Source of the DNA: an uncultured Bacteroidaceae bacterium
Lineage (GTDB): Bacteria > Bacteroidota > Bacteroidia > Bacteroidales > GCA-2748055
Reading direction: 5' to 3'
Length of the DNA stretch: 64,000 nt
Assembly (NCBI GenBank): GCA_964563105.1
Contig: CAZLXM010000007.1
Location: 253 to 64,252 of the forward strand
Part shown: positions 20,738 through 30,481 of the stretch, piece after piece
How positions within the stretch are numbered: the first letter of the stretch is position 1
How the letters are laid out: each line of letters starts with the position of its first letter
Made by a program: the position numbers and the translations under genes
Notes under the pieces: generated by a model
The model's database searches: none
What the model was told of the DNA's origin: nothing
What the model saw: only the letters and a program-made list of their open reading frames with translations

Positions 20738-23236
20738 ATGTTTTCAAAAATAAACTTTATGAGAAATTTACTTTTTATTCCTTCCAAAAAAGATCATTTT
20801 TTCTTTAATAAAAATAAACATTCAGGCAGAAATGTATTCTCGACTTATTTAATGATTTCCTTATTTTTTCTTATAATCACTTCTTCATGTAACTCTCCTG
20901 CAGAAGATAAACAAATACTGCCTGAAGCTGAACCTAAGCCTTATACTGTTCGTTATGCACCTGCTGACGGAAGTGTTTCACAGATTGACCCACCGGCTTT
21001 TATCTGGTTACCTGTTGATAAAAAAGAAGAATATATACTCCAATATAGCACTAAAGCTGATTTTAAACCTGAGCAGACTAAAACAATAAACTGTAGCCGG
21101 ACTATTTTTGTCCCCCATGAAACTATGGGTTCCGGAAAATGGTACTGGCGTTATGGAATTAAAGATGACCAGACAGGTAAATTGATTTTTAGCAAAGTCC
21201 GTAAATTTACTATTGTTAAGAATGCCGTGGAAGTGCCTTTTCCGGATGTGAAAAAAGTAATTGATGATCTTAAAGGTATCCGCCCGCGTAATTTAGTCAG
21301 AAATGAAGATATTCATCATTTCAGGGAGCTTGGGGCAGGCCCTTTAAAAGGATATCTTGATAATCTGAAAAGAAATGGAAATAAATTTTTAGGCGAGCCA
21401 TTACATCCTGAACCGGATTTTTTATCTGAAGACAGGGAGCAGAAAATAGTTGATTTTGTTAAGATCATGAGGTCCACCAGAGTATTTAACAGTGGAATAT
21501 CAGAGTGTGCCACTCTTTATTTATTAACAGGTGAAGAGAAATATGGGATGGAAGCGAGGCGCCGGATGTTACATCTTGCTTCATGGGACCCTGAGGGAAG
21601 CACAAGCCTTTTTCATAATGATGAACCCGGTCATGAAATAATTAGTGTTATTGCAAGGGCTTATGACTGGATATATCCGCTTCTTGACCAGAATGATAAA
21701 GATAAAATATGTAAAATGCTTGCTGTAAGGATTCCGCAGCTTTATAAAGTATTAATTAATAAACCTTTCGAAATACATCCTTACGAGTCACATGCAATGG
21801 GTTATTTTATAGGGGATTTACTGGAGGCTTGTATTTGCATGGCAGATGAAATTCCGGTTGAGGAAATGTTGGAATATGTTTTACTTCAACTCTGGTCTCC
21901 CTACTTTCCTCCTTATGGCGGAGATGATGGTGGTTGGTGCGAAGGGCCTTCATACTGGCAATGGAGTACAGCAGTTTTTTTACGTATTTTTAGTCTTGTT
22001 GAACAAAATTGCGGTGTGGATCTGACCAATAAACCATGGCTGAAAAATACTGCATTTTTTAAACTATACTGTAATCCTCCATATTCAAAAATGTCACCCT
22101 TTGGTGATGGACAGTCTGGGGTTCCAGGTTTATCAGGAATAATGTTTAAACTTGGGGTAACATACAATAATCCTTATGCTTTGTGGTATGATAAACAGCT
22201 AAATGCTAAACCACAAGGAGTTGAACGTTTTAAATATTTCATCGAAACAGAAGATACAGGCAAATCACCCGAGGATCTCCCACAGGCACATTGCTTTCAT
22301 AATATTGGCCTGGCTTGTATGCACAGCGATTTGGCAAATGGTGAAAATAATGTCCATTTTATGCTTCGAAGCAGTCCATTTGGGGCAATAAGCCATGCAT
22401 ATGCTGATCAAAATGCTTTTGTCCTCTTTGGATATGGCGAACCGCTCGCTATTGCTTCAGGTTACTATCCTTATTATGACAGTCCCCATCACAGAAGTTG
22501 GACATGGCATACAAAGGCATCAAATAGTATTTTGGTAAATGGTGAAGGACAGAAAATACGTAACTGGGATTCACGCGGGAAAATAACTGATTTTAAAACA
22601 ACGGATTATGCCCATTATGCTATTGGAGACGCCACAGAGGCTTATTTTGGAAGTGTTAAACGTTTTTACAGGCATGCACTTTTTCTTAGACCGACTATTC
22701 CTGAAGATGAACCTGTAATTATACTTTATGATGATGTTGCAAGTCAGGATCCTTCTATCTATGACTGGTTGCTTCATTCTATTGAAAAAATGCAGGCAGA
22801 TGAACAAAATAAATCGGTAACCATAAGGAGGGGAGCTGCCGGACTGTTTGTTCAATTCCTTACACCGGAACAATTAAAATTTTCCCAAACAGATGAGTTT
22901 ACTGTCCCCCCTGAATCTGATAATATGCCTAATCAATGGCATTTAAATGCGCAAACAACTGTTGCTGATACAGTTGCAAAATTTATAACAGTATTAATGC
23001 CTTTCCGGCAAGGTCTGGAACAAAATCTTCCGCGAATAAGGTTTATTGATAAAGCCGGCTGGGTTATCATTGAGTTAACAAGCTCACATACAACACAGGT
23101 GGTAGCATTCCGGACAGGGGCTAAACCGGGGACGTCCATTAAAATTGGAGATTTTAAAACCAAAGCTGATGTTGCGGCTACTGCATATGATTTGCAGGGT
23201 AACGTAAGGGCCTCAATACAAATTGAAAATAAATAA
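20738..23236 (+). CDS. DUF4962 / heparinase II/III-family polysaccharide-lyase-like protein
   Basis: The N-terminal PPAFIWLPV...YILQYSTKADF...KWYWRYG pattern resembles DUF4962. A helical toroid-like middle is followed by a C-terminal ISHAYADQNAF...ASNSILVNGEGQ region like the heparinase II/III C-domain. The start is uncertain: M39 at 20852 gives the lipobox-like MISLFFLIITSSC. Confidence 0.7.
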   Translation: MFSKINFMRNLLFIPSKKDHFFFNKNKHSGRNVFSTYLMISLFFLIITSSCNSPAEDKQILPEAEPKPYTVRYAPADGSVSQIDPPAFIWLPVDKKEEYILQYSTKADFKPEQTKTINCSRTIFVPHETMGSGKWYWRYGIKDDQTGKLIFSKVRKFTIVKNAVEVPFPDVKKVIDDLKGIRPRNLVRNEDIHHFRELGAGPLKGYLDNLKRNGNKFLGEPLHPEPDFLSEDREQKIVDFVKIMRSTRVFNSGISECATLYLLTGEEKYGMEARRRMLHLASWDPEGSTSLFHNDEPGHEIISVIARAYDWIYPLLDQNDKDKICKMLAVRIPQLYKVLINKPFEIHPYESHAMGYFIGDLLEACICMADEIPVEEMLEYVLLQLWSPYFPPYGGDDGGWCEGPSYWQWSTAVFLRIFSLVEQNCGVDLTNKPWLKNTAFFKLYCNPPYSKMSPFGDGQSGVPGLSGIMFKLGVTYNNPYALWYDKQLNAKPQGVERFKYFIETEDTGKSPEDLPQAHCFHNIGLACMHSDLANGENNVHFMLRSSPFGAISHAYADQNAFVLFGYGEPLAIASGYYPYYDSPHHRSWTWHTKASNSILVNGEGQKIRNWDSRGKITDFKTTDYAHYAIGDATEAYFGSVKRFYRHALFLRPTIPEDEPVIILYDDVASQDPSIYDWLLHSIEKMQADEQNKSVTIRRGAAGLFVQFLTPEQLKFSQTDEFTVPPESDNMPNQWHLNAQTTVADTVAKFITVLMPFRQGLEQNLPRIRFIDKAGWVIIELTSSHTTQVVAFRTGAKPGTSIKIGDFKTKADVAATAYDLQGNVRASIQIENK

Positions 23237-23300
23237 CAGAATTATTTTTTCAATTTTATTATTAAGAAAACCCAATGTTAAGTTTTGTATTTATCTTGTT

Positions 23301-25088
23301 TTAGTTGTAGAGAAAATAATACCAGAATGTATTTTGAATTTCTTTTTGTAATGCCATTCTTGCAGCATCTATATTATTTCCATATTGATTAAGAGTTTTA
23401 TTTAAATTTTGAAAATTCGTTCTTATTTCTTTAGTTATATTTTGAGAACCGGAAAAATCTGTTTTTGATCCGGAAAACGCCTGATATACGCAAAGAGCTT
23501 CCTGTATATGTATTGGAATGAAGTCAAATCCAAATTTTTTAAGATTATGCATATCATTAATTATGGCAGAGAAATCTTTAGTTAGTAATAAAAATGCAAG
23601 TTTATATTCAAAAGCTTGTTTGTTTGGCCAATCATAATTTAATGCATTTTCCAGGTTAAAAAGAGGATTTTGTAAATCAATGATGAAATCTTCCATAATT
23701 TTATTTCTTCTTTTTTCACCTAATTCCGGATGTAAGTCTATTGCCATATCATCAAACAATAATTTTTCAAATTCCGAAGCTTCTTTACGATAAAAAAGAG
23801 AATGTTTCAGTAATGAAATATATTTAGCTGCAATTTCAAAATTTCCATTTATTAGTTCTGTTTTAATCAGCATTTTTATTCCCTGAGGAGTGAAACCTTC
23901 CATTACCATATATTCGAAATTCCATCTGTGGGCTTCATTTATAATTCCTATTGTGTAATAAAAATATCCCCCTCTTTTAAGAATTTCTCCAATACGTTCC
24001 CATTCAAGGAAAAGTGTATTGTTTTCAATACTTTGAGGAAAATGGAAAAGCATGTCATTGAGTTTTCCAGTTTCACAAAGTGCAATATTTACAAAATAGC
24101 TTGTTAACCTGTTATTGGAGGGATGACGCTTATTAAAGGCGATTATTTCATCCATTTTATTCTGGTAAAATAATTTTTCTGTATGAAAGTAATGTTTTAG
24201 ATTTTTATCAACTCTTTTTATACATGGGATTAGGGCTAATAAGATTATAATTATTGCAGTTAAAGGTTTATTTAATTTACTCTCAAATTTACCTGATGAA
24301 AAAATATTTCGACATAGTTTAATAAATGGCAATAAAATACATATTAAAATAATCAGAAAAATAAATAACAGGAATTGATTGCCTGCATTAAGGATTAAGA
24401 AAGGGAAGATTATGAGCTTGCTGAAAGGTTGGAAGAAAAAGTATTCTTCAGATAAATATAAAAATAAAAAGCATATACTCCACATACCTATAATTATTAT
24501 CCAATCAGATTTAGCCGGTTTTTGAAGTATAGTAAAAGAAAGCATTATAAATAACAACCAGGCAAAGCTGCCTGTCAGAAAAAACCATCCTGGGGTAAAA
24601 ATTATTATTAACCATTTATAGTCTTTTTTTATAAACTTTATTATCAGATAAAAAGCCAGAACCTGGAAAAATATCCCAATGGTATTGTAAATCAAATAGT
24701 GATAATGTGTATGTAAATAAAATAAAATACCTCCTGCTAGAAATGGAATTACAAATCCGGTATTTCCTGTTTTAAATTTAATTATTTGGGCAGTAACAAA
24801 TACTATTGCTATAATAAATGATGAAATAATAAGTGAACCTATGAGTGGGTAATAATAAAATGCGGAAAAAAATTTGCCAAGATATATCAAAAAATTTCCG
24901 GGCGAATTTAAATGATTAACAAAAAAGCTCCATCCTGTTATAAAGAATGAAGATTTTTCCTGAAAAAAGAAAATATAATTTATAAAAAAATAGAAATATG
25001 TAAATAAGATCAGAAAAAACAATAAATATGGAAAGTGCCTTAAAATTGGGAAGAAGATTGATTTGTAAATTGTATTATTTTTCAACAT
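23301..25088 (-). CDS. Polytopic membrane protein, intact paralogue of 6534-8321
   Basis: Same 595-aa length and colinear sequence. The C-terminal domain is nearly identical over long runs (HPSNNRLTSY.VNIALCE.GKLNDMLFHFPQS.EN.TLFL.WERIGEILKRGGYFYYTIGIINEAHRWNFEYMVM). Confidence 0.6.
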   Translation of the reverse strand: MLKNNTIYKSIFFPILRHFPYLLFFLILFTYFYFFINYIFFFQEKSSFFITGWSFFVNHLNSPGNFLIYLGKFFSAFYYYPLIGSLIISSFIIAIVFVTAQIIKFKTGNTGFVIPFLAGGILFYLHTHYHYLIYNTIGIFFQVLAFYLIIKFIKKDYKWLIIIFTPGWFFLTGSFAWLLFIMLSFTILQKPAKSDWIIIIGMWSICFLFLYLSEEYFFFQPFSKLIIFPFLILNAGNQFLLFIFLIILICILLPFIKLCRNIFSSGKFESKLNKPLTAIIIILLALIPCIKRVDKNLKHYFHTEKLFYQNKMDEIIAFNKRHPSNNRLTSYFVNIALCETGKLNDMLFHFPQSIENNTLFLEWERIGEILKRGGYFYYTIGIINEAHRWNFEYMVMEGFTPQGIKMLIKTELINGNFEIAAKYISLLKHSLFYRKEASEFEKLLFDDMAIDLHPELGEKRRNKIMEDFIIDLQNPLFNLENALNYDWPNKQAFEYKLAFLLLTKDFSAIINDMHNLKKFGFDFIPIHIQEALCVYQAFSGSKTDFSGSQNITKEIRTNFQNLNKTLNQYGNNIDAARMALQKEIQNTFWYYFLYN

Positions 25089-25112
25089 TGTAACAAGTTT
25101 CTAAACAATCAT

Positions 25113-26268
25113 TTAGTTTGAACAGCCTCTGATTTTGCAATATTCCGTATTTTGCCGGGTGTTAATACAATTTTCCGGGATATTAAAAGTTTTTAAAAAT
25201 GTATCATAAAATGTCGGGCCCTTCTGAGGTAACACGAAAGGTTTACAACTATCCCCGTTTTTTTGTATATAAGATATATAGGGTCTGGCTGTTAATCCAT
25301 CTTCGCGTTTGTTGCTAAAAACCAGCCATTTGCTATTTGATGACCATGAATGATAACTTTCATATAAATCACTGTTCAGGTCTAACCTGGAAACAACGCA
25401 TGTTTCCAGATTAATAGAATAAAGATCTGCATTTTTGTGCCATATTGAAAAACAGCCGTAATCTTGTAAAGTAAAAATCAAATATTTACCATTGGGAGAT
25501 ATCCTGGGAAAAGAAACACTTTTGTCAAGAGCAAGGGCATCAAATATTAATTCAATTGTTCCAAATGTGCGATTTTCTTTATTGAACGAAATCCTGTACA
25601 GGTTATACTTTATATTCTTATATTCTAATTTCGAATCAGGCTTAATTGCCCTGCAAAAATAAGTGCCACCAAAAGAGCCTCTTGCATGAAAAAAGAAATC
25701 AGATTGATTGTCAGGATTGAATGTATGGCAATTAATGCAGTTATTTTCTATTATACTGTTTTCTATAAGAGAATGAACCTTGAAATTTTCCAGGCAACGT
25801 TGTTTTATACTTAAATTGGTATAGGCCTCAAAACCAGGATATAATAAACGATAAGAAAGAAAAGGGCCTATTGGGTCAACAGATATATTCATAATTAAAA
25901 GGTTTGAATTTTTTCCACTGACTCTGTTTATCTTTACAAAAAACAGTTATCTGAATCTCCTGGTTAATATTGTCCTTAAGGATATTTTTCCATTTACTCA
26001 ATGGGATCATGACCTTCCCGGTTGTTGAAAATATTTCCATTAAGATTTTCAAATTACAGGAAAATCGGACAAAAAATGCTAAACCATCTTCTTTGACCTG
26101 AAAATTTAAAGGAGCAATATTTGGAGGTATTGTAATGTTTGTATAATCAGGCTTTATTTCAGGAAATTGTAAAATATTCTCCGGATTAATTGTTGCTATG
26201 TCTGTGCAGCCTAAAATAAATAGCAAAATATTGCATTTGAAAAAATATTTTAAAAAAGTTTTTTTCAA
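25113..26268 (-). pseudogene. Degraded paralogue of the CxxCH/PD40-like lipoprotein gene 8332-9798
   Basis: It is split into two ORFs (25876-26268 and 25113-25892) by a 1-nt insertion near 25890 (aaacctttt aat t atg here versus aaacctttc aca atg in copy A). About 97 codons are missing between TYF and CRA (junction ~25655). A further frameshift near the 3' end makes an alternative frame read KIVLTPGKIRNIAKSEAVQTK, matching copy A. Confidence 0.75.
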
Positions 26269-26479
26269 TTTTTATTTATAGTTTAAATAGTAAAGTATAA
26301 ACTTACAAAAAAAGTAGTAATTGGGTATAAAAATCAAAAATCCCGATAAATTTTTAATTTGCCGTTTGATAATTTCTTTGTACTTTTCCTTCACAGAGTG
26401 ATACTTTTACTTATCTTTATCTAATGAAAGGCTTAACCATAGATTAATCCCACGAGTGAAACATATAAAAAATGAATTT

Positions 26480-27484
26480 ATGAAAAAACACAATGAACAA
26501 AGCAAAGTATTTTCCAGAAGAAAATTCTTAAGTAAAACTATTTCTGCTTCTGCTGGTATTAGTATACTTCCTTTGGCTTACCAATGTAAAGGGGTATCCG
26601 CCGGAAAACCGGATTCAAAATTTGGAGGTGTACAGATAGGTGCAATAACTTATAGCTGGAGGAGTATGCCATCTCAGGCACAGGATATTATTGATTATTG
26701 TGTAATGGCTGGAATAAGTTCGATAGAATTAATGAATCCGGTTGTAGAGGATTTTGCCGGTATTCCTCAGTTACCACCCAGGCCTGAACGAAATGTTAAT
26801 TTATCCCCGGAAGACAAGGCTGCATATAATACTGCTGTTTCAAAGGCCAATGAAGACAGACGAAAATGGAGAATATCTGCGCCAATGAAAAAATTTGAAG
26901 AATTTCGGAAAATGTTTAACAATGCTGGTATAAATATTCATATTACTAAATTTAGTCCTGCATCCTGGACTGATGAGGAAGTGGATTATTCATTTAAAGC
27001 TGCTAAAGCATTGGGTTCTATCGGAGTCTCTAATGAAATTGGTGAGGAAGCATGCAAACGTCTGGGATATTTTGCCGAAAAGCACGGAATGTATGCAATT
27101 TTCCATAATCACCTTCAACCCGGTGAACCGGGGTTTAGCTTTGATACCTTTCTTTCATATTCTTCTGCAAATATGCTTAATTTTGATGCAGGGCACTATT
27201 TTGGAGCTACAGGCCTTCATCCTAATGGAATTATTGAAAGATTACATGACCGGATCGCCAGCATTCATTTAAAAGATAAAACAGGGCCATCATCCGAACC
27301 TGCAAATACCAATATGCCCTGGGGAAAGGGAGAAACTCCTATCGCAGACATATTACGTTTAATCCGGAAAAATAAATGGCCGATATATTGTGATATTGAG
27401 CTTGAATATCCAGTTCCTGAAGGTTCGGATGCAGGAAAAGAAGTAAAGAAATGTGTTGATTATTGTAAAGCTATTTTACTCTGA
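26480..27484 (+). CDS. Xylose-isomerase-like TIM-barrel protein (sugar phosphate isomerase/epimerase family) with a Tat-type signal
   Basis: The ATG at 26480 gives MKKHNEQSKVFSRRKFLSKTISASAG, whereas the ORF track starts at the GTG at 26456. Family-like motifs are IFHNH, HLKD and CDIELEY. Confidence 0.8.
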   Translation: MKKHNEQSKVFSRRKFLSKTISASAGISILPLAYQCKGVSAGKPDSKFGGVQIGAITYSWRSMPSQAQDIIDYCVMAGISSIELMNPVVEDFAGIPQLPPRPERNVNLSPEDKAAYNTAVSKANEDRRKWRISAPMKKFEEFRKMFNNAGINIHITKFSPASWTDEEVDYSFKAAKALGSIGVSNEIGEEACKRLGYFAEKHGMYAIFHNHLQPGEPGFSFDTFLSYSSANMLNFDAGHYFGATGLHPNGIIERLHDRIASIHLKDKTGPSSEPANTNMPWGKGETPIADILRLIRKNKWPIYCDIELEYPVPEGSDAGKEVKKCVDYCKAILL

Positions 27485-27795
27485 ATAATCATAAATATAT
27501 TTTATTCCGGCAGGGTTATTTATAAAACATTTTTTGGAGCTGGTATAAACATCAAAGGGATTTAGTACACTGACACAGTAAGTTATTGTGAAGAATAAAT
27601 CTGATTCAAATAGTGTGTCACTTTAGAATTCAGATAAAGTACTTGTTTATCATTACAATGTTTGGGGCCTGTAATAGATTTTTTAGTGTCGGGTAACAGA
27701 ATTAAAACTTTGAAATTTTGAAATATTTATTAGTAAATAGTTTCTATAAATGTGATACTGCTTGATAAATTATTGTATAACTTTTTTGTTAAAAT

Positions 27796-29079
27796 ATGAA
27801 TTACTTTTTAAGAAAGATAAGTTATAATATTATTTTAATTTTATTTCTGATTACTAATGAATTTGATGTTTTTAACAATGATTTGACAACATGCAATTTA
27901 AATCAAGATGGGTTATTTGCAGCAAGAATTACCGATTCAATTAAATCACCTGTTAAATATATAAATTCTTCTTTTGAAAATGCTTCCCCTGTTTATTGGG
28001 AATATAATCCTGACGGATCAGTTCAAATAACCTGTTTATATGATCATGAAAGGGAATCACCTAACAGGGCTTCCAATCATTGGCATTTTCAGGTACAGGC
28101 CTCTAAAGGTGCTAATTTAGTTCTATATTTAAATTTTTTTGATCAAGTATGGAATGGAAAGGCTTCTGCAAACTTTTCAAGGATTAAAAATTTTTATATT
28201 TCTATTGATGGTAAACATTGGTCTCTTTTGCCGGTAGAGGCTGTAGATAATAATATTTTAAAATTAAGTATTCTGATGCCTGCTGACAGAGTTTTTCTTA
28301 CACAAGTTGAGCCATACAGGATAAGTGATTTAGAAAACTTAAAAAGAGAAATTAAAAATAATCCTTTAACGGAAATTATTACAATTGGGAAAACTGTAGA
28401 AGGCAGAGAACTTGAGATTATAAGAGTTGGATATCCAGAAGCTCCTTACCGGGTTTTTATCCGGGCGCGTTCCCACCCCTGGGAAGCAGGAGGTAACTGG
28501 GTGGTACAAGGCCTTATTCGAAGTTTGCTTGAGAAAACAGAGGAGATAAATTCTTATTTAAAAAAATATTGTTTATATGTTTTACCCATGGCTAATAAAG
28601 ACGGAGTTTATAGAGGTCTTACCCGCTTTAACAGCATGGGATGTGATCTTAACAGAAACTTGGATTTACCTGCTGATCCAATTTTAGCACCTGAAAATTA
28701 TGCTATGGAATTATGGTTAAAAACTATGATTGATCAAGGGAAAAAGCCTCATATTGCGATTGATTTGCATAATGACATGGGTGGGAAACTGCTTGTAAGT
28801 TACCCAAATGTCAATCTGGATACCTATCTGACTAATATGCGGCGATTTGAAGATCTTTTGTATAAACATACCTGGTTCCGGGAAGGTAGTTCCGGCAGAA
28901 ATTCCCGTATTCCCGGAAGTTTTGGTGAAAGTATGATTGAACGCTTTGGAATTGATGGCTGCGTACTCGAATTAAACCGTTTATGGATTGAGGGTTTAAA
29001 AAAGGAGCCTTTCGGAAAGGATTGGGAGTTATTTGGCAGGCAATTGCGTGATGTTTTTTTCGAGTATTTCGAAAAATAA
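27796..29079 (+). CDS. M14-family metallocarboxypeptidase-fold protein with an N-terminal beta-sandwich domain (cytosolic-carboxypeptidase-like subfamily)
   Basis: HxxE in RARSHPWEAGGNW, then VLPMANKDGV and IDLHND. The N-terminal ~170 aa domain precedes GKTVEGRELEIIRVG. Confidence 0.75.
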   Translation: MNYFLRKISYNIILILFLITNEFDVFNNDLTTCNLNQDGLFAARITDSIKSPVKYINSSFENASPVYWEYNPDGSVQITCLYDHERESPNRASNHWHFQVQASKGANLVLYLNFFDQVWNGKASANFSRIKNFYISIDGKHWSLLPVEAVDNNILKLSILMPADRVFLTQVEPYRISDLENLKREIKNNPLTEIITIGKTVEGRELEIIRVGYPEAPYRVFIRARSHPWEAGGNWVVQGLIRSLLEKTEEINSYLKKYCLYVLPMANKDGVYRGLTRFNSMGCDLNRNLDLPADPILAPENYAMELWLKTMIDQGKKPHIAIDLHNDMGGKLLVSYPNVNLDTYLTNMRRFEDLLYKHTWFREGSSGRNSRIPGSFGESMIERFGIDGCVLELNRLWIEGLKKEPFGKDWELFGRQLRDVFFEYFEK

Positions 29080-29257
29080 ATTGAATAAGACTTGTAGTGC
29101 TTTATAATTAATTATATTTGGATAGTAAATTCTTTTTACGGGGAATTCAAGATATAGACTAATATTTATAATAGATTTGACCGTAAAAGGAAATTTTAAT
29201 TTTAGCAATATTGAATATTTATTTTCTGATTTTTATATTATTTAATTCAAAAAAAAC

Positions 29258-30448
29258 ATGGAAAAAACTAATTATCAAAAAGCTGCAATTGTAGCTTTAA
29301 TGTCTGTATTTACGCTGGCTATTTGTTTTATTATTCTTGGGGCCATATCTGTTGAATTAATGAATTCATTAAATATTGATGCCGGTAAATTTGGAACTCT
29401 TGTTTTGGGAATGTTCCTTAGCTGTTGTATTGTACAGTTGTTTATCGGGCCCCTGGTGGATAAAATTGGTTATAAACCGGTAGCTGTCTTAGGTTTTATT
29501 GTTACCAGCCTGAGTATTTTTCTACTGGCATTGGCAAATAGTTTTTCGCTTGCCTTAATTGCTTGTATTATCATGGGAATAGGCGCTATGTCGTTGAATA
29601 CTGTCGGAAATACTCTTATTCCGGTTGTTCTTTTTGATGGTAAAGACCCTGCACGTGCGAGTAATTTTGGTAATGCTTTTTTTGGATTAGGATATGTGCT
29701 TACTCCTCTTTTTCTGGTTTTCATGCTTAAAACATTAAATCTCCCATATAATATTGCTTTGATAATTTTAAGTATAATTATCCTGATCTTCTTAGTTTAT
29801 GCTTTATTGGCGCACTTTCCAAAAGTATCGGTTGGTTTCAAATTTAATATGGTATTGGGTGTTCTTGTAAAGCCTGCAGTTCTTATTGCTGCCCTGGCAT
29901 TGTTTTGTTATATGTCTCTTGAGATATCCATGGGAACCTGGATCCGTAAACTTATGGAAGAAGTTTATTCAGGGTCCGGCATAGCCAATGCTGCAACAAA
30001 ATCAGGAGTTGCTTTAAGTTTGTTTGGAGTAGCTATGATGGCCGGAAGATTCCTTTCATCAACAATTAAGAATCTTACCGCAATGGGTGCTAAAGTAATC
30101 ATTTCAATGGCAATTGTTTCATTGCTTTCAATTATACTTATGATAGTTACAAAAAGCCCTGCTTTGGGAATATTCGCAATAATACTTGCCGGTCTTGCCT
30201 TTGCTCCAATTTTTCCAACCATAGTTGGTGTTACTTTTAATAAATTTGATCCCAGTTTGTATGGAACAATTTTCGGAATAATGTTTTCCGTTGGATTACT
30301 GGGAGGAACATTTGTGCCTAAAATCATTGGTAATCTTAGTGTAGGCTCAAGTGTTCAGCAAAGCCTGCTTATTGCCGGAATAATGGCTGTAATATTGATC
30401 GTCATATCTTTATTTATTGGTCGTGTTGGTAAAACAGTGGATAAGTAA
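29258..30448 (+). CDS. MFS sugar transporter (FucP / glucose-galactose-type)
   Basis: About 12 hydrophobic segments and an MFS loop motif GPLVDKIGYKP. Confidence 0.8.
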   Translation: MEKTNYQKAAIVALMSVFTLAICFIILGAISVELMNSLNIDAGKFGTLVLGMFLSCCIVQLFIGPLVDKIGYKPVAVLGFIVTSLSIFLLALANSFSLALIACIIMGIGAMSLNTVGNTLIPVVLFDGKDPARASNFGNAFFGLGYVLTPLFLVFMLKTLNLPYNIALIILSIIILIFLVYALLAHFPKVSVGFKFNMVLGVLVKPAVLIAALALFCYMSLEISMGTWIRKLMEEVYSGSGIANAATKSGVALSLFGVAMMAGRFLSSTIKNLTAMGAKVIISMAIVSLLSIILMIVTKSPALGIFAIILAGLAFAPIFPTIVGVTFNKFDPSLYGTIFGIMFSVGLLGGTFVPKIIGNLSVGSSVQQSLLIAGIMAVILIVISLFIGRVGKTVDK

Positions 30449-30481
30449 TTTTATATTATTAAATAACTAAATTATTTTCTG

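Noticed and set aside
20738-20851. N-terminal 38 codons of the DUF4962-like ORF.
   Set aside because: This extension is not rejected as coding, but it looks non-signal-like, and an internal Met at 20852 gives a lipobox-type signal. The true start cannot be resolved from sequence alone, so the ORF-track coordinates are kept with this caveat.
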